A DNA stretch of 56,194 nucleotides, the filler included, from Catajapyx aquilonaris (taxonomy: Eukaryota), in NCBI GenBank assembly GCA_000934665.2. It is 4 parts of 4 records of this genome, joined end to end, with 100 filler letters (N's around TTAATTAATTAA, not from the genome) between each part and the next. Parts side by side here need not be neighbours in the genome. Positions count along the whole stretch, not along the records: positions 1 to 13,969 come from JYFJ02007928.1; positions 14,070 to 28,031 come from KZ539751.1; 2 more parts are not named here. One strand, 5' to 3'. Shown here in pieces: positions 13,010 to 23,800 of this stretch. The position numbers were made by a program, and so were the translations under genes. Every line of letters starts with the position of its first letter. Positions within the stretch are counted from its first letter, which is position 1. A model generated the notes under the pieces. The model was not told the DNA's origin. It did not search any database and saw only the letters and a list, made by a program, of their open reading frames with translations.

Positions 13010-13860
13010 TTGTGATAAAAGTATGAAACTCAGTACACTCATTCACGATGGGTTACCCCTCCAAGGGTCACTTTCACAGGGTTGCCATGTCTATCAGGTG
13101 CAACATACCTTTAGGACTTTGTATTCGGTGATCAAAACATGAAACTCAGTACAATAGCTCTTTGGACACTTCTGAGCATATTTGGACGTGGGGCCATGCT
13201 GTGTGACCCCACTGGAGGTCACTTTCGCGGGGTTGCCAAATCCAACTGGTGCAACGCAGACCTTTACATGAATAAGGTCCTTGCATTCGGTGATAAAAAT
13301 CTGCAATTCGCCACAATAATTGGTCTTTGAACATTTTTATGAACATGTCTGGAAGTGAGGCCACGATGGATAACCCCGCTGCGTTTCTATTTGAATATAG
13401 GGAGCTTCGATTCGGTGATAAAGGACGTAAATCTCCGGTGCACTAGTTATTTCAGTCAATCTTTGGAGACTTCTGTCGTTATGAACATATCTGGACATGG
13501 GGCCACGATCACCGACCTTGCTGAAAACCACTTTCGTAGGGTTACCATATTTAACAAACTGTGAAACACGAGTTGATATTTAAATATGGGGCTCCAGCGG
13601 GGTCGGTCATCGTGGCCCCATGTCCAGATATGTTTAGAAAGCTCCAAAGATCTAGTGTACCGAGTTTCACGTCATTATCACCGAATGCAAGCTCACTATT
13701 CAAAATAAACGCATGTTTCACAGTCTGTTAGATATGGCATAGTGACCTCCATCGGGGGTCGGTAATCGTGGCCCCATGTCTAACATGTTCAGAAGTGTGC
13801 AAAGACTCATTGTGGCGAGCTTCATGTTTTTATCGCCGAATGCAAGGTCCTCATTTATAT
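13010..13860. repeat. Degenerate 120-160-nt subrepeat array with an orientation switch
   Basis: The motif (C)GGTGATAAAA..TGAAACTC...GGGGCCACGAT recurs near 13011, 13126, 13288 and 13413, then inverted near 13610-13685 and 13765-13840. Confidence 0.6.
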
Positions 13861-13969
13861 AAAGGTATACTGTGATAACATTTCTAACGCAATTTTGGTA
13901 TTAGATGCCTCGGAACTTCGCGATAAACTGCTGACAATGTTTAATCTAGTACTAGATGGGGCTCCGATC

Positions 13970-14069
13970 NNNNNNNNNNNNNNNNNNNNNNNNNNNNNNN
14001 NNNNNNNNNNNNNTTAATTAATTAANNNNNNNNNNNNNNNNNNNNNNNNNNNNNNNNNNNNNNNNNNNN
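13970..14069. other. Artificial 100-nt scaffold spacer
   Basis: N44-TTAATTAATTAA-N44; the core gives stops in all six frames. Confidence 0.95.
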
Positions 14070-14200
14070 TGATGGCAATTAACTCACTGGTTGCAAAAAC
14101 AAGTGTAAGCCAGGGTGAATCATCGCATTCTTTTCTGCTAAGTACAGTGCTGGACAAATTAGCTGTATATATATATATATATATATACAGCTAATTTGTC

Positions 14201-14594
14201 CAGGGTGGTCCAACTTTTTTGTCCGAACAGCTATTGACAAATTCGGCCTAAGCTGCTTATGTTGTAGTGCGTTACCTGGCAACCCCGGCCGGCGGGCCAA
14301 TTCAAACATCAGCACATGGAGACGAGTGCTAAGTGTTCTTTCCATTGTTCTTAGTAACATCATTATTTTCCCTGCTTATCCCCTGCTACTGATGTGTAAG
14401 CAGGCAGAGACCCGTCGCTGGGTCGTCCGCGTCACTCACTCGATTTGTAAACAGTGGCAACAATGGAAGCGCTCTCCATGGGCTGATGTTTGAATTGGCC
14501 CGCCGGACAGGGTTGCCAGGTAACACACTACAACATAAACAGCTTAGGCCGAATTTGTCAATAGCTGTTCGGACAAAAAAGTTGGACTACCCTG
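14201..14594. mobile_element. Tc1/mariner-type MITE
   Basis: Long TIRs CAGGGTGGTCCAACTTTTTTGTCCGAACAGCTATTGACAA / reverse complement. Confidence 0.85.
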
Positions 14595-14610
14595 TGTATA
14601 TATATACCAT

Positions 14611-14785
14611 GAGCGACACGGTGGCATAGTGGTTAGTGCCTCAGCCTTCCACTTCTGAGGTCCCGAGTTCGATCCCTGGGTCGGATGGAGGATACTTATG
14701 TGGATAGAGTTTCGATGGGTTCTCTCTGTGTTCGTGTGGGTTTTCTCGGGGTTCTCCCATTTCCTCCCACTTAAAAATCCATCAC
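14611..14785 (+). mobile_element. tRNA-derived SINE with V-domain-like core, family B
   Basis: A box GGTGGCATAGTGG, B box GAGTTCGATCC, then GTGGGTTTTCTCGGGGTTCTCCCATTTCCTCCCAC, which resembles the V-SINE core. Degenerate copies at ~22995-23155 (+) and ~41028-41110 (-). Confidence 0.75.
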
Positions 14786-14857
14786 ATTACAGGGAAATGA
14801 TTAAAGTTGGTGAATAACTACTAGTTACTGCACTACACAAGCAATTTGTATTGAAAT

Positions 14858-14863
14858 TTTATT
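14858..14863 (-). promoter_or_regulatory. Candidate polyadenylation signal AATAAA of the selenoprotein gene
   Basis: First minus-strand AATAAA downstream of the SECIS, about 80 nt after it. Confidence 0.55.
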
Positions 14864-14937
14864 CTACCAATTAAACATTACATCTTAACGTCTGTAAACA
14901 TACTTCATACAATAGTCCTTCATATGGTGATCACTTA

Positions 14938-14998
14938 CTACATGCATCCGATTTCCCCACATCTGGTTTTAAGAGAAATCATCATCGGGCAGAACATG
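14938..14998 (-). promoter_or_regulatory. Eukaryotic SECIS element
   Basis: Minus strand ugcccg-AUGA-UGAUUUCUCUU-AAAA-CCAGAUGU-GGGGAAAUC-GGAU-gca. It has the AUGA/GA quartet, a 9-bp helix II (GAUUUCUCU/GGGGAAAUC) and apical adenosines 11 nt after AUGA, on the same strand as and downstream of a UGA-containing CDS. Confidence 0.9.
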
Positions 14999-15336
14999 GC
15001 ATCATGATTAGGGACAACTTGTACAAAGCTTTTAGTATTGGGCAATGCAACAGTAACTTATCAAGGGATGACTTCCAGGATTGATTTCGCAGATTTACAG
15101 AATAATTTTTATTGGAAGTTGTTCCTGATAATATCAGATGAAAAAGTGAAACTTACCTTTTAAAAATATCTCGTAGTAGTGAAAACCTGGGCTCGAAAGT
15201 TGAGAATTTGCAATTTTTTCGCATTTTAAATGGACGCAGCAGGGACTAGGAACATTCAAGAATTTTAATTTTAATTTTTCAGGCAATTTTAGGGAGGTCT
15301 GACTGATGGTACTTGTCTATGACCCTTGACCCTTAA

Positions 15337-15806
15337 CCCTTAACGACCTGGGTGGAGCCTGAGAGGCTCCAAGCACTATTTAAACGCATGTAACTTTTTC
15401 ATTGAATTTTATTTTCCCCTGTCCTTCCATGACTTTGTCAGAAAAACCTTCCTAAGCATGAAAAGGAAAGAATTTTTTTTTTAGTCCCTATTCTTTGGTT
15501 TAAAAAAATTCGTAACGAGGAACAGGTCCTTCCTGGAACCGCTCAGGCTCTACCTATGCAGGTGAAGCCTGAGTGGCTCAAACATGATGTAACCTTTTAA
15601 ATAAAAATTTTTCCCTGTCGGAATATGCTGACTCAGCGTGTGATTTTTACGTTTTTGGAAGCCTAATGATCTGAACTGAACTTTCTGTATGTGAAAAGTC
15701 CAATATAACAATTTAGTTGATAATCAGAAATTTAAATATACCGTTAGAGCCGCTCAGGCTCCACCAACGTAGTTAAAGGTGTTTCACCCACCTACGTAGT
15801 TAAGGG
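15337..15806. mobile_element. piggyBac-type MITE within the predicted 3' UTR
   Basis: TTAA TSDs at 15333-15336 and 15807-15810; CCCT...AGGG termini with ~19-nt TIRs; same family as 24380-24683. Confidence 0.85.
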
Positions 15807-16308
15807 TTAAGTTCGTCGCTACTGATTCAGTCAATAGTAGACTATGGCCAATTTTCTGAGTCACATATGATAATTTAAATAAAATTTAAAATGAGGATGT
15901 GCATGATTGCAGTGTAATTTCCCATTTACAGTGTTGCCACATGGTGCAACCGGAATTTATTATATTAAATACAGTACTTTTTGTGAATAATATGCCACTC
16001 ATTAATTGGCCATCATCTACCATTGTCAGAAAAATTAAATTTACAATTCTGGAAGATTACAAGTGCCTGCTGTGGCCATTTCACATGCAAAATTGCAAAT
16101 TTTCACCTTTTGTATCCAGGTTTTGACTACTCCGGGGACAGATATTTAAAAAATCTGAGTTTCACTTTTTCATACATTATTATTAGGAACAATATTCCAA
16201 TTATGAGTATCCTGTAAATCGCCAAAATCGATCCTGGAAGACATCCCTTTAAAGTGACAAATGTGGACAAATTGTGAATTCAAATATGATCGTGGCAGAA
16301 ATATGCAA

Positions 16309-16478
16309 TTATATGATTGCGCAAGTGCGCCCTGAGTCCTCATACTGTGTAACCTGTCGGACTTCCTTGCCTCCGGCGACATGCATAACAATCTCTACAA
16401 CCTCTTGGACGCTGGGAAATGCCATGGTTGACAATTTTGAATGGATGAGCTGTCCATTAACTGTCACTTCAAATGAAG
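16309..16478 (-). CDS. SELENOW2: Terminal coding exon, copy b (ends CAII*)
   Basis: Acceptor tttcattttcag|CT completes A|CT (Thr) from the Sec exon; open to TAA. Confidence 0.9.
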
Positions 16479-17285
16479 CTGAAAATGAAAGCAGCAATTA
16501 AGTAAACACATAAAAAATAAAATTCCACAGCACAGCACAATACACAACACTGCTTGCAATACCAGAATTATTTTGCCCAAACTATTGTGATTTGCATAAT
16601 TGAACAATCTTCTGAACGTTGGGAAACTGTTCTGTGGCTAACTTGGAGTGGACCAATTCCCCATTAACAGTCACCTCGAACGAACCTGAAAGAGAATAAT
16701 TTTGATTAAATCACTACCCCACTAACTACAAGAGTTGGGATTACTTGTTACATACACAGCCAATTAAAATCACAGTGAGCCAGGCAACAACACAGAAAAG
16801 GTCCACACAAATCAACGAGGTGGTGCGTGGATTGTACACAACTCAGAAATTCGCCATAACTTGGCTACAACGGAGTTGTTGTTTATTATCTGCTTGCTAC
16901 CTAGCACGCTGACTTTAGTTGTTAGGTGGCTCTGTTGTTGCCAGGTTATTGCGAATTGCGAAGTTGTGTACAATCCGCGCGCCACCTAGCAACTAAACGG
17001 TCCTCTCGCTAATGCCGCCTGCCTGACGCGTCTGAGCCCACCCGTTCCATGTCTATGAACCCCTACAAGTTCGTAAAGATAGCTCGGAAACAGACTGAAA
17101 CTTGAAAGGCTGGTCATTCCAGACTCCTATAAGGGGCCCTGTGTATGATATAGCACACTCATTTTCACCTCAAAATCCAAACCCTGAAACACTTTTGGTC
17201 CCAATAAGCATTTCGGATGAAGGATTCTTAACCTGTACTGTATTATTGGTTTCTGCCCTCTCCAAAGTAATCTATAATAATAATG

Positions 17286-17344
<59 letters not shown>

Positions 17345-20300
17345 CCTTGGGTAGTGCCTGACCCTCTTGGGGTATGCGGCACGGACCTTTATTGTATCTT
17401 TATTGTACATTGTACAGTGGGACCTTGATTTTTGAAGCGCCCGGGCCCACAGGCAGGATGACAGGAGGGGATGTGCAAGGTGCAATGCAATGCCTTGGGT
17501 GTGGTCATTTTCTGAACTCCCCCGGGTGGTTTGTCTTATCGGAAACACCACCTGAGATGAAGCCAGAGACGGCCTAACTCTGCACGAGATGAAAGGGGTA
17601 ACTCCGGGCTGGGATTGAACTCGGGACCTTAACATCACTTCGCCTCCTGTGCTCTCCAAAATAATCTAGCTGTTGTTACAATACACTAAATGAACTGCAG
17701 TTCTTGCCAAAGACGGGAAAAAACACTCAGAACCCTCAACCTGGAACATCTGATTAAACATGTGTACTAAAATATGTTTCAAATATTCAGCATGGAAAAG
17801 AGCAATATTAGTGTTCAGACATTGTCTTCAGAAAAATTGCGGAAATTTTTGAACCTGCAGCATCTCATTCACTTGCATTATAATTTTGTCTTGTTTTACA
17901 CTGATTCACTTTAGGGAGCTGTGTTGCTGAAACCCATTACTGGCACAAAAAAGGGGGTACTTCCTGTGTACTTTTGAGATGCAGTAATATTATGCCAAAT
18001 CCTGACACAATTTTCGCTCTGATGGCTAGCAGTTCACAGATAAGCAAGACCTATCCTAATCCTCGGAATTCTTGTTCTTGTATTTTTTCACAGCGGGGCA
18101 GGGTTATTGTTATATAATCTTACGTTGCGTACGTGTACATGTACATGTTGGAACCATTTTCGAAGTGCCTGGGCCCATGGGCAGGATGACAGGAGGGGAT
18201 GTGCAAAGTCCAGTGCAATGTTGTTGCTAATATCATTTTGTGAGCTCCCCCAGGTGGATTAGTCTATGGAAATTTCACCCGAGACAAAGCCAGAGATGAC
18301 CCAACTCTGCACGCGATGAAGGGGGTGTCCCCAGGCTGGGATCGAACCCAGGACCTCCGTGGGCGCATACGTTACTGCAGCGCCACTTCACCTCCCTAAC
18401 TCGAAAGAAACATGTTTTGCCGATACACTTGGTGCAGCAGATGCATTGTTAAGTCAGAAAATGAGGGTTTGTCCTGCGTCATACAAACACATCCATCCCT
18501 TAGAAACCATAGTTATACCATGTATCCACTGAGTTGAATCCATTTCCACTCTTTCTCCGTAAAAAAAATCTGTGACCTCAGAATCTGATTGTGAGATGCA
18601 AGATATTAGGATTATTACACTTGACAGTATCACAACAGTCTTGTCATTGACCACGCTGATCCATGCTGAAAATATCAGCATAAAATAAATGACATTGAAC
18701 ATGCACAGGGACTGTAGTCAAACATTGGGCAAAAGTAATTCTGGTATTGCATGACACTGGAGTTTTGCATCACACCTGATAAAGAAAAGCAAATTCGCTG
18801 AAATTATGCCTTTTTATCAGAAACATGTCTACTCCTTGGTACAATGGAAGTGTACACAGGTTGCTTGCCAGCAAATCTTATTCATCTACCACACTCTGAA
18901 TTGGGTTGTTAAGCATGGAACATTACGAGGTGACAATATCAGAATTAGTATGGCTCTAATCCTGGCAGTAGCCTACAGTGTTTCTTTCACAATATGAGGG
19001 GTGTACAAAAAAAGACCGAACTTTTTAAATAGGGCAATAGAGTCTGTATAGAAAAAGTTCCGTCTTTTTTTTGAACACCCCTCGTATACTCCTGTCCATA
19101 AATTCTTATACAGGTAGTCCCTGGTCTACGAACGGTGTTATGTTCCTGAAAATGTCCATAAGTCGGATTTGTATACATAACTCGAATCTCTGAGGAACAG
19201 CGTATACATACAGCGTAAAGATGCCTCTCCAATGAACAGCTTACGTCATGTGTGTTTGTTTACATGCGCGGAAGAACAGAATTTGCAAATTATTTATTAA
19301 TTATACAGTATTTATGTAGAACTTGGTGTCGTTCAACGTATGAAAAAGTGATTGAAAGTGGAGGTATATTGATAAATTATCCTTATTGGGAACCTTGGGA
19401 GCCCATTCATAAGTACGGATCACTGTAAGTCGGGTCATTAGTAAACCGGGGACTACCAGTACACAATAATAGGCAATCCTGTTTGTCAACATTACAGAAT
19501 ATATTGTTATGTATGCATGTATGTATGTATGTCAGTATGTTGGTGTGTTTGATTTCTACAGGGTGTTTCTTACTTGTGTGGCCAATGGTGGTCAGCGTAT
19601 TGCTTGGGTCAAAACAAGTTGAAAATGTAGGGGGGAGAAATGTCGAAGGACCAACTGTTGACGACAATGGAGATTTGCGTGCCCCTGAGACAAATGCGTC
19701 CACCCACCCAACAGCTTTTCTGTGGGGAAGGTGGCAAACTGCTGTACTCTGGCTCCTGCAGTGGCTTTCGAAGTGTCAGAATGTGATCCCGATATTGATG
19801 GAGCTGGGCAAAGAGGTGACTTGACAGATCTCATTAGTTCAACCTGTGCAGGCTGAAATAAATGCATCTCTGGGCAAACTGGGGGGCATGGTGGTCTAGT
19901 GGTTATGCTCATGGCCAGCCAAGTGGGAAGTCTGGGGTTCAAATCCCATCCCATCACCTTCACTTGGTTAGGTATTTTTTCGCTTTTCACTTGACGTGTC
20001 TGGGCAGACTTGCACTCCCTTCTCTGCTCAGGGCCAGGAGAAAAGGTCTCATATCGTCGGCCGGCGATCAAAACCTCGTAACTCCATTTTGCGCGAAAAT
20101 GGTCTTACGTACCTCGTAAGTCCCTTTGCACAACTTTGCAACGGTGTACATGAATTCAACATCATCCTCATGAAAGGTAAGGTTTACGTTATGCTATACT
20201 GTAGGAATAATTGTCAGCATGAACAGAAAACATGATTTTACAAAATGTTTTTTGTCCCTCCTGTAAAATTTGGTCTTGAGGAGTTATGAGGTTTTGATCG

Positions 20301-20728
20301 CCGGCCGACGATATGAGGACTGTCTGAAATGACTCGAAACTATAACAGCGCCCTCCCATGGGAACCTCCCCTTCCCCACATGCCTATAGACCAAGGAGTT
20401 GCAGAAAAACTAGCTCCTCTGGATATATTGTATGCATGTGTTAAATCAAGGTCTGTGGGAGGCATGGTGGTCTGGTGGTTACGCCACTGGCCAGCAAAGC
20501 AGGAGGCCGGGGTTCAAATCCCGTCCCCGTCACCTCTGCTTGGCCGGGTCTTTTTCTGCTGTTCACCCGACATGCCAGGGCAGAATTGCACTCCCTATTT
20601 TGCCCAGGGCCAGGAGAAAAGGTCTGGTGTATTTCAGAAAGTCAGAAATGACTATAATTACAGTGCCCTCCCTTGGGAACCTCCCCCTTCCCCCCTAAAA
20701 GGGCTCTGCCCTATCATGGGGTATTTAA

Positions 20729-20759
<31 letters not shown>

Positions 20760-20776
20760 TTAATAATAATAATAAT

Positions 20777-20815
<39 letters not shown>

Positions 20816-23800
20816 TAATAAAATAAAGGTCTGTGCAATACCTTGCACTACCCATTATTATCTGTAGGCAAACTAAATGGTAGACAGGGTATTGAAGTTA
20901 GGTAAGTGCTGAATGAGGTTGTTTATTATCTTCAGAGCACTTGGGAAAGGAATTGACAGACCAAGTGATCAAAACATCCTGGCAATGGCGAGAGAGTCCA
21001 CTTTGACATTGTCGTTACTTACAAGTAATTGTAATATAATTGCCATAGCTAATGCCACGGTGAAGATCTGAGCAGAAAGTGAGACACACAGTAACCGGTT
21101 GAAAAAATACCATGATCCATTTTAAATGCCTAGAGTCAAGAGTAATTTAATGCTACGAGGGCTATTCGAAAAATAAGTTTCGCAATGCTAGAGTTTCAAC
21201 ACCATGTAACAGAGTAAAAACAAGCATGGGCAGATACGTTTATCCTTCCTCTACTTTATAGGACTGATAGGCGCCTTTTTGCAACTTATGCGCAGGCACG
21301 GCAGCCATTGGACGAGACCGAGTGGTGAGCCGAGTGTGACAGTCCACATTCCGACCTCATCTGCCCTCACTTCTGCCTTAGTCCATGCGGCTCGCCACTC
21401 GGTCTCATCCAACGGCTGCCGCGGTTGCGCATAAGCTGCAAGACGGCGCCTATCCGTCCTATAAAGGAGAGGAAGGATCAACGTATCTGCCCATGCTCAT
21501 TTTTACTCTGTCTGTCGCATGGCGTCGAAAGTGTAGCATCGTGAAACTAATTTTCTGAATAGCCCTTGTAACAATGTACCAGCCCCTTGAAACATGTGCT
21601 GCACTCAGAACAGAGATGGATGTATCCTACTTGAACAGTGCAGGCTATGTGATGAAAAGCATGTGGTGGGTCCAGCCTTACTGCAAGGGTGTGGGTTACA
21701 AGCATGACAATTGATTACAATAATCAAAAGATTATCAATAATGGGCATTTGACCACATTATACAAAATATGTCTGGAGGGAGCAAGAGAGAACAGAAGCA
21801 GCATGACAGTGTTCTCGAATGCAGAGTACGCTGACATGCACCTGGCACTTGGAGCTAATTTGGCCTGTTTGGGCTAATTTCAGTCTGTTTAGGTTGAACT
21901 AAGGGCTGGCGCAAATGAGGAAATTTGGAAGCAACTTATTGCCTGCCCACCCAGCCAGGACGGCACAGCGCATGAGCTCTCCTGGGGCAGTGAGCACAGG
22001 CAAGAAATTTGGAGCCGATCTGGTCGTGCTGGCATGGGCTGGGTTGGGCCGCAACACTTGTACCCTCCAGCGGGCAACATGAATACTTGGATGTGTGCGT
22101 GCAAGTTGCCTCCCTCCCACATTTCCTCATTTGCGGCAGGCCTAAGGGGATCTAAGGTCACCTCTTTGCCCAGGTCCATCAATGTTAGGCTCACATCTCG
22201 CCACTTAGACAACTACTGCACTAGAGGTTTGTTCCTTCCCCACAGAGAAGCTGTTGGGTGGGTGGACACATTTGTCTCAAGGGCGCATAAATCTTCATTG
22301 TTGTCTACGTCTACAGTAGGTCCCTCGACATCCCCCCCACACCCTCCAACAGGCTAACTACCATTGGCCATACTAGTAAGAAACATCCTGTATGTTAACT
22401 GCTTCTCTACATTCCCTGATTTTAGGCTGTTCAAAAAATAACATGAAAATTCATGTAACCAAGTGACCACCACAATCTTCAACTGATGAAAGGTTCAAGT
22501 TACAAGAAGTCTGAATAAAAAACAACAATATAGCACTTGAAATTTTACATGACTACTGTTCATTTTAACAGGCAATGAAACTGCTTATTGCAAAATGTGA
22601 AACTATTTGTCACATATTTGCAATGCAAATTCTTAAGGATAAAATTCCACTTGCCCTGAATGTATGAATTGTTTGTCAATAATGATTCCATGTCATCGAG
22701 GACTCCCACTTGTGATAGTTGAAAGACAGCTTCCCCCCCTTTTCTACCTCAGATCTGCACAAACCATGGGAAAGACAGTTACTCAGGTCTGTTTCATTTT
22801 ACCGTTCAATTGGAGGTACTGCAATTCAAATATCTACGGATGATTAGTAAATTCCTACTATAGTTCAACTTTTAAAAGGTTGGACTAACATGACCTTTGT
22901 TGTCATTGTGAATTGCTCACTTAAGAGTCAAGATGTCTCCCCAAGGCTGTGCAATTTGGACTATTCTATGTCCATAATATTGTTATTTGAATCAGGTGCA
23001 TGGTGGTGAAGTCCTTACAAGTTACAGCCTCCCACCTCTGAAGTCCCAGGTTTGACTCTTGGGTTGGAGAGAAGATTATCATGTGGAAAGAGTTTTGGTG
23101 GGTTCTCTTTGTATTTCCAGATTATTTCATTTCCTCTCGCACTCAAAATCCATCAGTAGCGCAGCAATTGACTCAAGTCATGATTTTAAAGAGGATCATC
23201 TAAGAGGCCAAGTAACCAATAAAGTTATTTTATTCGATGGGTTAACGCGTTAACCACTCCATAGGACCCACCTAATATCTCATTCTTGGTATTATAGCAA
23301 ACACACAACATAAAAAGTTACTTGCCCATGCATATGGTCTATCATGGTTTACTTACTTCGTCTCCCTACTCTTCCCACGACTTCCGCATCAGGAACTTCA
23401 GCCTTGATGGCACGGGCCAGCTCCTGATAGCGGTTCCCATAACCTCATGCACCACTGTAAGAAAGACATACAATAGTGATTTTTTATCATGCATTCACAA
23501 ACATCAATTATGGATGTGTTGCAGCAATCATTTTCAAGGTCTTACAATAGAGAGAAAAGGCATTTCATCTGGGCTAGGCAGAATATTCTTCATTCACTTT
23601 GAAATTTCAAATATGATATGATGTGATCCTAATTACGTGTCTGTAGTGGTAATCAATATATTTCTGCATTACGGTGTTTATTTTTAAGTATTTACTTTAA
23701 AACAGATACCCTTAGGTGTTATCAAAAGTATTTGTTGCTGATATTAAGTTGAGATGTGCCCCTCAAGCCCTGAATTTGCAAGATTAAAAGACCTGACATT

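Noticed and set aside
14014..14025. TTAATTAATTAA as a biological motif
   Set aside because: It sits centred in N runs three times, so it is an assembly linker.
14150..14203. Perfect palindrome with a (TA)n centre
   Set aside because: Explained as a tiny Tc1-like remnant abutting a mariner MITE near a contig end; no evidence of function.
17243..17659. Poly-Ile and poly-Asn ORFs (also 20673-20867)
   Set aside because: They are translations of (AAT)n SINE tails.
23432..23444. GGUU-AUGGG-AACC mini-hairpin right after the Sec UGA as a Sec redefinition element
   Set aside because: Only 4 bp and directly adjacent to the codon; too weak without conservation data.
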